Positions 53,495-63,410 of a stretch of DNA of 64,000 bases are shown one piece after another. Under the pieces are notes generated by a model. It saw only the letters and a list, made by a program, of their open reading frames with translations. It was not told the DNA's origin and did not search any database. The stretch covers positions 4,464,001-4,528,000 of the forward strand of contig CM102283.1 in the NCBI GenBank assembly GCA_046563655.1. Reading direction: 5' to 3'. The translations under genes were made by a program, and so were the position numbers. This DNA comes from Yuukianura sp. NJ FZ-2021. Its lineage: Eukaryota. Each line of letters opens with the position of its first letter. The stretch's first letter is position 1.

Positions 53495-54399
53495 TTATTT
53501 CCAACTGGCCGGAGCCTTCCACTCTTCCAGAAAGGTGTCATCCACACTAGACTCGTTCTCATTTTCATCTTCTTCTTCACCATCACTCACACTGGGGGTT
53601 TCTTCTTCTCCTTCGCTAGTGCTGGAATCCTCCACAATTCGTCTTTTCTTTCTATGGTTCACTCCTTGAGACGGCTGAAATAGGTATTGTCTTGATTCAG
53701 GTAACTCATGTGTTGGCAATTTTCGGGATTTCATAAACTGAATCATCCCCGAAATCAATGAACCGTTTAGCCTGCGTCTACCATCACTAATAACACGAAT
53801 TCCGTCTTCAAAGTCACAGCGCTGCATTTGTTCACTGCCAAAAACAACAGTTTCCCCTTGTAAAATGGCTCCATTATTCAGAAAAAGCTGAAGAAGGTTT
53901 TGTCCTTGTTTTGGAAAGTTTGAAAAATTGAACTGGTTTTGCTCCAGAATCGGTTTTAGCAACTCCGTGGGCTTGTGTTCTTCTACGCCTTTTGCCTCAA
54001 CTTCCAATGTCTTTATGTCCTTCGAATCAACTGACTTTTGCTGTTCCACGTTTCGTCGATTCTGGAATTGACGAATTAGAGCATGTAGCATATGGTTTTG
54101 AAGTTCAACTGATGTCTTTCCGTTGTCGAACTGATCATTCAGTCTAGTTACTTCTCGTTTTATCAAATTTCTTTTTGTGTCACTCGCAAATGTTTCAAAA
54201 GGAATTGTTTCCGTTTTCTGTTCCATTGGTGGCATCCACACAGATTTAACCTGTGACGTATTCGAAGTCAATTTGTCATATGCTGCTTCCTCCATCACCC
54301 TGTAAGGGCATGGTTTGTCTTTAACATAAACGTTACACTTTTCAGGAAAAATGTTGTCTCTAATGCGAAACAAATCATTCTGACGCTGTGTTAAATCTA
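53495..54399 (-). pseudogene. 3' part of the interrupted packaging ATPase gene (ATPase C-terminus plus ~275-aa extension with acidic tail)
   Basis: Removing the Tc1/mariner element joins YGYLFI to DLTQRQNDLFRIRDNIFP in frame, the typical Polinton ATPase C-terminal motif. AATAAA overlaps the stop codon. Confidence 0.8.
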
Positions 54400-54744
54400 C
54401 AGAGGGTGGGGACACTTTATTTGCACAACTTTGAAGTCTGATTGCTATTGTCCTGTAATGTCTACAGTCTTAAAATTTTAGCCACTTATTTATAATGTTG
54501 TTGAAATCATGTGGCGCGAATTTCATACAAATCGGCGGAATATTGCCAAAAATATTGAGTTCCGAAGTTGACACTATCAAAAAAAAGTTTCCAGTGAAGG
54601 TTTAAGCCTCAGATTAATTCAAAAAAGGCTCAGGGTCAAAGGTCACAGTGTCAACGTGTCGTCAATCGGTAATATAGTTAATTCAAAGCGTGAAATTCGA
54701 GAAACTGGCAAAAACACTGGTGTCAATCGTCGCAAACCGCAATT

Positions 54745-55061
54745 TTGCCAAAAAGAACAAGAGTCCTCCGACCTGGGTTTCACAGAGAAAAAAAAGTTTT
54801 GAGAAAAAGTTCATGGTGGTGCGGGAAGGGCGCACTACCCCTCATCAAAGCACCCGCAAAGGTCAAGGTCAACACTGAACTTTACATCCAGCACATTCTG
54901 AAGCCTTTGGTGGAAGTGCACGTGCCTTAAGTTTACGGAAACGAGGTCAACAAGGTCATTGTTGACCATGATCAAGGCTCATCGCACACATCAAAGAAAG
55001 GTCAAGGCTATGCAGCTGACCTTAAGGTCAGACTCGGCATAAGTATTTTGCCAAAAGCCCA
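54745..55061 (+). pseudogene. Tc1/mariner transposase fragment (catalytic region, 5' part)
   Basis: KFMV, then shifted frame KVKVNTELYIQHILKPLV...*...HDQGSSHTSK. In-frame stop at 54928; truncated by the LTR insertion. Confidence 0.8.
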
Positions 55062-55515
55062 TGTTGGAGGAATTGACAAGGCCAAGCCAATAGCCGCTTG
55101 ACCTTGGTCAACCCCTCCACTAATTAAATTAAAATTCTTTCTTTCTCGAGTCTTACAGGCTCCAAGCCTGTCTTAATGTCATGCCTTGTGACATGATCCA
55201 TGGCACAAGGTGAGGCATTTTGTGTTCATGGACTGACGAGTGACCAAGGTCACTCAGCATCCCATGTCAAGACTCTCCTGCCCCACCAACTTTAGTCAGT
55301 TTCTAGCTCTCTTTGAGTAAACTTCCAAATAAGTTGTAAGATTCTGATTCCACCTCCAATACTAAATCGAAACATTAGGCTCCGTCATTTCTTTCTTTTT
55401 TAATAAAAAGGGTGAAAGCCCCAAAAAATCCAATCTCATCTTGTTGTTTTCACCTGGCTTGATTTCAACTTCAAGTTTTTCCTAATTACCACCGAGTTCG
55501 CGTAGAACTCGAACA
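55062..55515 (+). repeat. 5' LTR
   Basis: Direct repeat of 61296-61749; 3 mismatches seen by eye. Confidence 0.97.
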
Positions 55516-55547
55516 GTTTTTTGGATTTTTGGCAAAAGTGATTTGTT

Positions 55548-58500
55548 GTGCCACCACCGTACTTCGAATTACTCAAGATGAGCACCGAAGAGGAAGTGAT
55601 GGTGGATCCTGATATCCCTTACGAACACGCTGTTTTTGGACTTGAACAGTTCAAAATCAGCGCCAAAAAGTTTGCTGACACGGTTGACCCTCAAAAGTGG
55701 TCAAAGTTCAACAGCCTCGAGGTCACCGTGAAGGAAGGCAAACTAACCAAAATGGAAACCCAACTGGAGTTTTGGCGGGAAAAAATCATCCTCGCTTGTT
55801 CGGTGGTGAAAGACTCTCACCAAGTTCTCCAGACCCACCAAGTGACCCTTGACCTTTGCGAAAATCTCCTGGAAAAGTGTCAGTTACAAATCCTTCGTGC
55901 ACGTGAGTTGTGCAACGAAAGGAAGAAATCAACCACCAATACAAATCAAGATTCCGAGGAACTTCCGGACGGCTCCGATTTTAAGTTGGAGCGTACCAAA
56001 CCACCAACTTTCTCCGGAAACTACTCGGAATGGCCCCACTTTGCCGATCTGTTCAAAGCAGCAGTAATCGACAACAAGAAAATATCAGGTGCGTCTAAAT
56101 TAATGTACTTAAAAAATTCACTCATAGGAGAAGCAGCATCCATCGCAGCATCGTTTCCGCCCACAAACCTCAGTTTTCAAGAAGCTTGGGCGTTGGTCGA
56201 GAAGCGATACAACAAAAAGCGAGAAATCGCTTTCTCTCATCTCCAAAAGCTCTTCTCTCTACAGACAGTCTCTGACACGACTTCCGGCTTACGGAAGGTC
56301 ATTGACCTTGTCAACCAAACATCAATTTCGCTCAAGCAGATGGGACTGGCCGTGGACCAATGGGACGTTTTCATCGTCTACTGGGTCCAAACAAAGTTAG
56401 ATCCGGAAACCCGAAAACAGTGGCTACTCTCAGAAGGCGACGACCTCCCTGTTCTTGCGGAATTCCTGGAATTCCTTGAACGCAGATCCAGTGCACTGTC
56501 AGAGCCAACAAAACATTCCAAGGTCAAACCACCCACCACATCTTCCTCTACGCACCACGTCAATGCCACCCAGAGCAAACAACAACCGCTACCAGCCAAA
56601 TGTCCAAAGTGTTCATCTGACCATCGTCTATTCCATTGCCCAGAATTTCAAGGTCTTCCGCTCAATGACAAATGGTCACTCGTGCACAAATGCAAATTGT
56701 GCAACTTGTGCCTTCGTCATGGACATTCCACTGCAGATTGTTTTTACAAAACTTTCTGCAGACACTGCAACAAAAAACACCATCCATCACTACACAAGTT
56801 CGACTCCAAGGACTCCACGTCCTCTAAGCCTGACTCCCACCAGAGTCAAGGTCACTCAAACTCAAAGTCACAGGAAAGCCAGTCTGCTCCATCCACCAGT
56901 GCCACTAAATCAGCCCCACCAAATGACGTCACATCACATCACTCTACAGCTCCGTTCTCCAAGGACAGTGTTGTGCTTATGGCCACTTTAATAGTGAATG
57001 TGCTGGACGCCAATGGTACTCTCCAACCATGCCGAGTGTTTCTGGACCCTGGTTCGGACACAAATTTTGTATCCGAAAATTTCATGTCACGGTTGGGATT
57101 ACCCAGACAACACTCATGTGTAAACATAACTGGTATTGGTGGTTCCAAAAGTGACTTTTCTCGTGGACTAGTGTCTTTCATTGCCCACTCCACCTCCACC
57201 ACATTTTCACTTCCAGTGAAAGCACTTGTTCTGCCTAAGTTGACGGGTCACCTTCCCCGGGAAAAGTGCCAGGTCAACTTTCCTCATCTAGAGGGTCTCA
57301 CCCTCTCCGATCCGATCTTTCACTCTCCCGCTCACGTGGACATTCTCTTCGGAGCGGAAGTGGAAGCACTTATCAAACTTCCGGGACTTCGCAGAGGACT
57401 CCCGGGTACACCAATTGCCCAAAATACCAAATTCGGTTGGTATTTGAGTGGAAGTGCTCCCACACAAGTGTCAGTTTCCAATTTTTTTGCCTCTTCATTC
57501 CATTCCACTTGTTCAGTCAACGACCAGTGCCTGGAATCGTCACTCCAAAAATTTTGGGAATTGGAAGAACCAACTCCCACTTCCTCAAATCTCACTTCCA
57601 GTGACCAACAGTGTGAAGATCACTTTCTCTCCACTTTCACTCGCGACTCCGAAGGTCGCTACGAGGTCAATCTCCCGTTTTCCACTAATGCTGGGGTTCT
57701 GGGGGAATCTCGCCACAAAGCAGTTTCCTGCTTCCGCTCACTGGAGAGACAACTGGAAAAGGATCCAGCTCTCCAGGAAAACTACCATTCCCAAATTGAG
57801 AATTTTATTTTCAATAAATGGGTTGAAGTAGTTCCACAACTCCAATCCACCGAAAAAGTGAAAGTGACAAATGTGTCTAAAGCCGAGTGCACACTTAACC
57901 CCTATTACATACCACATCACGTGGTAGTGAAACCCGAAAATACCACCACCAAAGTGCGTATTGTGTTCAACGCTTCTGCGAAGACCACTTCCGGTGAAAG
58001 TTTGAACTCTCTCCTCCTCCCTGGACCAAAGATCCAAACCGATCTGCATCCACTCCTCACTCGGTTTCGATCCCACCAAATTGCATTATCTGCGGATATT
58101 GTCAAATTCTATCATCAAGTGAAAGTGCATCCAGACCATTCGGACTTTCAACGCTTCGTTTGGAGAAAGTCCCCGGATCACACTTTCACCGACCTCCGGT
58201 TTAACCGTGTTATTTTTGGCGTAACTTCGGCTCCGTTTTTGGCGATCCGAGTTTTACGCCAACTGGGGGAAGAGGCTAAAGCCGAATTCCCACTCGCCCA
58301 TGCAGCCATCACCAGCGACTTCCTCGTCGACAACTTGCTTTCCGGTGCAACGACGATGGAAGAAGCAATGGAACTGAAGTCCCAAGTGACAACAGTTCTC
58401 AACCAAGGAAAGTTTCCACTTCAAAAATGGTGTTCTAACCACCCGGAAGTGTTAAGCACCATTCCCACCTCCGAGCGGGAAACTTTTTCCCTCAACATCC

Positions 58501-61037
58501 AGGAAGACGAGTCCGTCAAAACCATCGGACTCTACTGGCATCCACATTCGGACACTTTTGGTGTAAAAATATGTGACCCCCCAAAAGTTACCCAAGCAAC
58601 CAAACGCGAAGTTTTGTCGCATACTGCCAGGGTTTTTGACCCTCTCAATTGGCTTGCTCCCGTTACCATCATTCCCAAAATCATTCTACAAGAGCTATGG
58701 AAGCTCAAACTAACATGGGACGAACCAATTCCACTTCACATCTTCAAAAAATGGGAAAAGTACTGCGCAGAACTTTCCCTCCTCAAACAATTCCGAATTC
58801 CACGGTGTCTGACTTTCTCCACTTTCTCTCCCGACAACACTCACTACGACCTAATTGGGTTTTGCGATGCCAGTAACCAAGCATACTGCGCATGCGCATA
58901 CCTCCGCTCCATTCAAAATGGAGAAGTGAAAGTGGAGTTAGTTGCCGCCAAAACCCGAGTTGCTCCGGTAGCCGGGGAAACCACTCCAAAACTGGAATTG
59001 TGTAGTGCAGTGCTACTCACCAATTTAGTGAACTCCATTTCAACTGCACTTTCTCCAACAAAAATCAAAATCGAAAAGTTCATCTGCTTCACCGATTCCA
59101 CCGGTGCCTTAGGTCAACTGTTTTCAACCGAAAAACAATCTGTGTTTGTGCTAAACCGAGTGCGCAAAATCAAAAATTCTATTGCGCAACTCCATTGGTT
59201 TCATGTCCCAGGCGGCATGAATCCTGCCGACTTGCCTACTCGGGGACTCACTGCACTCCAACTACTAACCAGTGAACTTTGGCTACACGGGCCCACCTTC
59301 CTCCTGACAGATGAACTGCCACCACAACCATACTCCAAATCAGTGACGTCATTCGTCACCGCCACTTCCACTTCTACAGGAATTGACTATGTCAACTCCT
59401 GCCTACTCCGACTCATCACCACCGTTTCGTCTTTTCAAAAAATGAAAAGGCTCATAGCGTACTGGTTACGCTATAAAACACAACTACGACAACGGTGTGT
59501 TGACAGGGTCAAATCACAACTGACGTCACAACTAGCCACGCCCATCCAAATTTACATAACTACAAAGGAAATCAGTGACGCAGTGATTCCCTTAGTGAAG
59601 TGTGTCCAACGTCTGGCTTTTTCATCAGAAATTAATTTTTGTGCCCAATGTCACAAAAAGCCCGCCAAAACCAAACTTCGTTTTTTATCTCCGTTTTTGG
59701 ATGAAAACGGAGTACTCCGAGTTGGTGGACGCCTACAACAGTCGCCAATCAATTTCCACATGCGTCACCCCATCTTACTTCCAAAATTCCGACGTCGCCC
59801 GAGCAACACGGCACAACAACAAATCAACGCTTTTGTTTTGGCCATCGTTCGCGACTTCCATCTTCACCACCTACACGCAGGACCGAAGTTGCTTCTTTCT
59901 CTCCTCCGGACCGAGTTCTGGATACAACGGGGTCATGACCTTTGCAAATGGGTATACCGCCGCTGCATTCAGTGCTTCAAGGTCAACCCAACACCAAATC
60001 TCCAACTCATGGGCCAACTTCCTCCTGCTCGTGTAACCAGTGACTTTCCCTTTGTGAAAGTGGGAACGGACTACGCAGGTCCGTTTGAAATCGCCGCCAC
60101 CACTGGAAGGAAACCGCGCATGCTCAAAGCGTATGTTTGTGTTTTTATTTGTATGGCCACCAAGGCCATTCATCTGGAATTTTCTGGAGGACTCAGCACT
60201 CTAGACTTTCTCTCCGCCTTCCAACGCTTCATTTCAATCCGAAATGCACCATCCGACATTTTCTGCGACGGAGGCAGAAATTTCCTTGGCGCCAAAAATG
60301 AGATGGCAGAACTCCAGCGTCTCATCTCATCTCCACAACACCTCAACAAGGTTAACCTCTTCTGCTTAGGTGAAAGTATTAACTTTCACTTCTCTCCACC
60401 CTATGGACCACATCACGGCGGCATTTGGGAAGCAGCCGTGAAAAGTATGAAGACTAACCTTGCCAAGGTCACCCAAGGTCATCATCCTTCCATCGAAGAG
60501 TTCGTGACTCTGCTAGCCAGAACCTCCGCTAATCTCAATTCCCGACCGCTCACTCCACTCTCCGACTCTCCAGACGACTTCCAGGTGCTAACACCATTTC
60601 ACTTCCTCACCCTACGCGGACCAAGGGAAGTGACCGAGGAAGACGTCACTTGGAGGAAAAGTCACAGTTCCCGCTGGCAACACGTCCAACAGATGACCCA
60701 ACATTTGTTCAAACGCTGGAAGTTGGATTACCTCCACACTCTCCAGCAAAAAGGAAAGTGGCTTGACCCCAAGCCCAACATCACCAAGGACATGCTGGTT
60801 CTGCTCCATGACGCTGACTCTTCCATTGGACCACAACGCTGGACACTTGGAAGAATCGAAGACGTCTTCCCAGGAAAAGACGGACTTGTACGCAGCTGCG
60901 ATGTGCGCATTCCTGTACCACCGGATCCCGCCAAACCGGATGGAAAACCATTCAAGATTTTCCATCGACCCATTACCAAACTTTCCCCACTCCCATTGGA
61001 CGACGATGTCATCGCCAACTACTCTACACTCCAATAA
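55548..61037 (+). CDS. BEL/Pao Gag-Pol polyprotein (first ATG at 55578)
   Basis: Gag PTFSG..EW..F..LF, three Cys/His knuckles, protease FLDPGS, RT ADIVKFYHQV/FGVTSAPF/LVDN, RNase H GFCDAS/FTDS/NPAD, integrase HHCC/DYAGP/CDGGRNF/GGIWE. The PR-RT-RH-IN order and motifs fit BEL/Pao. Confidence 0.97.
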   Translation: MPPPYFELLKMSTEEEVMVDPDIPYEHAVFGLEQFKISAKKFADTVDPQKWSKFNSLEVTVKEGKLTKMETQLEFWREKIILACSVVKDSHQVLQTHQVTLDLCENLLEKCQLQILRARELCNERKKSTTNTNQDSEELPDGSDFKLERTKPPTFSGNYSEWPHFADLFKAAVIDNKKISGASKLMYLKNSLIGEAASIAASFPPTNLSFQEAWALVEKRYNKKREIAFSHLQKLFSLQTVSDTTSGLRKVIDLVNQTSISLKQMGLAVDQWDVFIVYWVQTKLDPETRKQWLLSEGDDLPVLAEFLEFLERRSSALSEPTKHSKVKPPTTSSSTHHVNATQSKQQPLPAKCPKCSSDHRLFHCPEFQGLPLNDKWSLVHKCKLCNLCLRHGHSTADCFYKTFCRHCNKKHHPSLHKFDSKDSTSSKPDSHQSQGHSNSKSQESQSAPSTSATKSAPPNDVTSHHSTAPFSKDSVVLMATLIVNVLDANGTLQPCRVFLDPGSDTNFVSENFMSRLGLPRQHSCVNITGIGGSKSDFSRGLVSFIAHSTSTTFSLPVKALVLPKLTGHLPREKCQVNFPHLEGLTLSDPIFHSPAHVDILFGAEVEALIKLPGLRRGLPGTPIAQNTKFGWYLSGSAPTQVSVSNFFASSFHSTCSVNDQCLESSLQKFWELEEPTPTSSNLTSSDQQCEDHFLSTFTRDSEGRYEVNLPFSTNAGVLGESRHKAVSCFRSLERQLEKDPALQENYHSQIENFIFNKWVEVVPQLQSTEKVKVTNVSKAECTLNPYYIPHHVVVKPENTTTKVRIVFNASAKTTSGESLNSLLLPGPKIQTDLHPLLTRFRSHQIALSADIVKFYHQVKVHPDHSDFQRFVWRKSPDHTFTDLRFNRVIFGVTSAPFLAIRVLRQLGEEAKAEFPLAHAAITSDFLVDNLLSGATTMEEAMELKSQVTTVLNQGKFPLQKWCSNHPEVLSTIPTSERETFSLNIQEDESVKTIGLYWHPHSDTFGVKICDPPKVTQATKREVLSHTARVFDPLNWLAPVTIIPKIILQELWKLKLTWDEPIPLHIFKKWEKYCAELSLLKQFRIPRCLTFSTFSPDNTHYDLIGFCDASNQAYCACAYLRSIQNGEVKVELVAAKTRVAPVAGETTPKLELCSAVLLTNLVNSISTALSPTKIKIEKFICFTDSTGALGQLFSTEKQSVFVLNRVRKIKNSIAQLHWFHVPGGMNPADLPTRGLTALQLLTSELWLHGPTFLLTDELPPQPYSKSVTSFVTATSTSTGIDYVNSCLLRLITTVSSFQKMKRLIAYWLRYKTQLRQRCVDRVKSQLTSQLATPIQIYITTKEISDAVIPLVKCVQRLAFSSEINFCAQCHKKPAKTKLRFLSPFLDENGVLRVGGRLQQSPINFHMRHPILLPKFRRRPSNTAQQQINAFVLAIVRDFHLHHLHAGPKLLLSLLRTEFWIQRGHDLCKWVYRRCIQCFKVNPTPNLQLMGQLPPARVTSDFPFVKVGTDYAGPFEIAATTGRKPRMLKAYVCVFICMATKAIHLEFSGGLSTLDFLSAFQRFISIRNAPSDIFCDGGRNFLGAKNEMAELQRLISSPQHLNKVNLFCLGESINFHFSPPYGPHHGGIWEAAVKSMKTNLAKVTQGHHPSIEEFVTLLARTSANLNSRPLTPLSDSPDDFQVLTPFHFLTLRGPREVTEEDVTWRKSHSSRWQHVQQMTQHLFKRWKLDYLHTLQQKGKWLDPKPNITKDMLVLLHDADSSIGPQRWTLGRIEDVFPGKDGLVRSCDVRIPVPPDPAKPDGKPFKIFHRPITKLSPLPLDDDVIANYSTLQ

Positions 61038-61295
61038 CTTTAAGTTTTCTTTTCTTTTTTTTCCAATTCGAGTAAAGTAAACACTAGATTTACTTTAAAT
61101 TTACTTTAACTTTAAAATTCATTAATTATTTACCTATATCCAAATTTACAAAATTTACAAATTCCCTTTTCTTCCCTAGGGTTGGCTTTTTCTCCAGCAC
61201 TCCATTTCCATTTCCAATTCCACTTTCATTTTCCATTTTCAAATTTCATTTTCCAAAATCTCTTGGTGGATCTTAAATCCACCAAGGGCCGGGAG

Positions 61296-61749
61296 TGTTG
61301 GAGGAATTGACAAGGCCAAGCCAATAGCCGCTTGACCTTGGTCAACCCCTCCACTAATTAAATTAAAATTCTTTCTTTCTCGAGTCTTACAGGCTCCAAG
61401 CCTGTCTTAATGTCATGCCTTGTGACATGATCCATGGCACAAGGTGAGGCATTTTGTGTTCATGGACTGACGAGTGACCAAGGTCACTCAGCAGCCCATG
61501 TCAAGACTCTCCTGCCCCACCAACTTTAGTCAGTTTCTAGCTCTCTTTGAGTAAACTTCCAAATAAGTTGTAAGATTCTGATTCCACCTCCAATACTAAA
61601 TCGAAACATTAGGCTCCGTCATTTCTTTCTTTTTTAATAAAAAGGGTGAAAGCCCCAAAAAATCCAATCTCATCTTGTTGTTTTCACCTGGCTTGATTTC
61701 AACTTCAAGTTTTTCCTAATTACCACATAGTTCGCGTAGAACTCGAACA
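61296..61749 (+). repeat. 3' LTR
   Basis: Direct repeat of the 5' LTR, preceded by the PPT. Confidence 0.97.
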
Positions 61750-61754
61750 GCCCA

Positions 61755-62013
61755 CATGCCTGTCAAAGGCCCTGCCATCAGCCCCATGGACTTTTACGGG
61801 TTTGGGACACTGAAACAGCGCCTGTTCCGAGGTCGACCGAGGACCGTCGAAGGCGTCTGGAAACTTTTAAATGAAGAGGGTAATCGTGTGACCCCGGAAA
61901 AGGTCACAAGGGTGTTCGTTGAGTGGAAAATGAGGTTGCGGTTGGTTACTACGATCAATGGGCTACATGTTGATGTTAAAACCCAAATCCATCAGCGACA
62001 ATTACTTAGTTAA
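61755..62013 (+). pseudogene. Tc1/mariner transposase fragment (C-terminal part)
   Basis: PVKGPAISPMDFYGFGTLKQRL...WKMRLRLV...NGLHV corresponds to the WPxxSPDLNPxD...G.H pattern. It is in frame with 54931-55061 after removing the BEL element. Confidence 0.85.
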
Positions 62014-62057
62014 ATTCTAATTCGAAAAGTGTGCAAATAAAGTGTCCCCACCCTCTG

Positions 62058-62812
62058 TATAAAGAGGTATCCATAGTCTTTGGACATGCAATTTTTGTAC
62101 GCATTCTCCATCGTTGTATTTTTCTTTCCGCCATTCATTTGACGCCCCAGGCAAGCGACAAACTGAGAGTCTCGAGGGTTCTTCATTAGAACCAAGTAAT
62201 GGCAGTTGGCAGTAATTTCCTTCAAGTTCTTGTGAAAAAGTTTTGCACAAGAATAATGAGTGATACATTGCGGTGGTGAGATGTTCTAGTGAACGCAGTG
62301 CCAACTTCGGATTTCTTTCCAACTTCATGCATTAAATCATGCAGCACTACAAGGGACGGTTTATCAGATCCGTCATGCCATTTATCCAGTAGCCCGTGGT
62401 GAAACTTTATTTGAGGCATGGCACATTTTAGTTGTGTAAACAACTCTGGCTGTAACTCTGTATAGCAGTATGTAACACGATTGAACTTTTCCCCAGTAGA
62501 CGTCAGAATGATCTCGTTCCGACGAAGGATGATTTCCTTAACCAGAGTACTTTTTCCGCTTTGAGTCATCCCGCTGATGCACATCGTAAAAGGAGCACGT
62601 AAATGAGCATCAAATGTTGCCCCGGACAACTCGTCCATAAACAGCGACCCTTTGCCATGCTCTTCCGATACATATTCGGCAGGAGTCAAGTGATAAGCAA
62701 TGTTGTTGTTAACAGGAATGGGGACTTGCATAGTCTTGCATGTCAATTTGTGACGTTTAAAGTTATCCGACCGTCCAAACTTTTTTGAACAACCTGAACA
62801 ACTGTATTCCAT
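62058..62812 (-). pseudogene. 5' part of Polinton-type A32/FtsK-like DNA packaging ATPase with N-terminal C2H2-like zinc finger; frameshifted
   Basis: CSGCSKKFGRSDNFKRHKLTC; Walker A GMTQSGKST; Walker B LVVLHDLM (D>H); FTRTSHHRNVSLIILVQN. After a 1-nt frameshift near 62235-62239 it continues ITANCHYLVLMKNPRD...LGRQ...YGYLFI. Confidence 0.88.
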
Positions 62813-63049
62813 TTTTATATTCACTACGGCAAGGTGTTTACGCTCTGTGAATTCGTTGTAACTTTTGTGATTTCCACTCAGCGAGAAGAAGAGAGATTCA
62901 AAGAGAATATATCTTGTCCGCTTCTGATCTGTGACTAAATGAATTCTCTATCAGCGTGTAGGACTTATACTCCTCCTCATCTTACTTTTCAGACAGCCGA
63001 AAAGCGTGCTTCTACTCCTCACTCCTCTTCCTCCTCCTCTCCTCCTCCT

Positions 63050-63410
63050 CAAATAGCTCAAGAGCATGCCTATACTCCTCCTCCTCAGATATCTCAAGAG
63101 CATGCCTATACTCCTCCTCCTCAGATAGCTCAAGAGCATGCCTATACTCCTCCTCCTCAGATAGCTCAAGAGCATGCCTATACTCCTCCTCCTCCTCCTC
63201 AGATATCTCAAGAGCATGCCTATACTCCTCCTCCTCCCCTCCTCAGATACCTGAAGAGCATGCCTATACTCCTCCTCCTCCCCTCCTCAGATACCTGAAG
63301 AGCATGCCGATACTCCTCCTCCTCCCATCCTCAGATACTTTAAGAGCATACCTATACTCCTCCTCCTCCCCTCCTCAGATATCTCAAGAGCATGCCTATA
63401 CCCCTCCTCC
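63050..63410. repeat. Minisatellite, 36-43-bp unit CAGATATCTCAAGAGCATGCCTATACT(CCT)n, about 9 copies
   Basis: Directly visible; unit length varies with the CCT tract. Confidence 0.92.

Larger units (their letters stand above)
55062..61749 (+). mobile_element. BEL/Pao LTR retrotransposon, both LTRs present, ORF intact
   Basis: 454-bp LTRs TGTT...AACA, 5-bp TSD GCCCA (55057-55061 and 61750-61754), PPT AAGGGCCGGGAG before the 3' LTR, single gag-pol ORF. Confidence 0.97.
54400..62057 (+). mobile_element. Tc1/mariner-superfamily DNA transposon, internally deleted (965 bp once the nested LTR element is removed)
   Basis: Perfect 28-bp TIRs CAGAGGGTGGGGACACTTTATTTGCACA (54400-54427 and 62030-62057), TA duplication (54398-99 and 62058-59) and transposase remnants. 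Confidence 0.95.

Noticed and set aside
54398-54415. Start of the 306-aa ORF (MSPPSV)
   Set aside because: These codons come from the Tc1 TIR; the ORF is the severed 3' part of the ATPase gene.
42302-61080. Many short antisense or alternate-frame ORFs overlapping LINE and BEL genes
   Set aside because: No recognisable motifs; they are expected shadows of long coding frames.
62222-62245. Programmed frameshift in the ATPase
   Set aside because: No canonical slippery heptamer, and the gene has other lesions (Walker B D>H, Tc1 insertion), so a homopolymer deletion or sequencing error is simpler.
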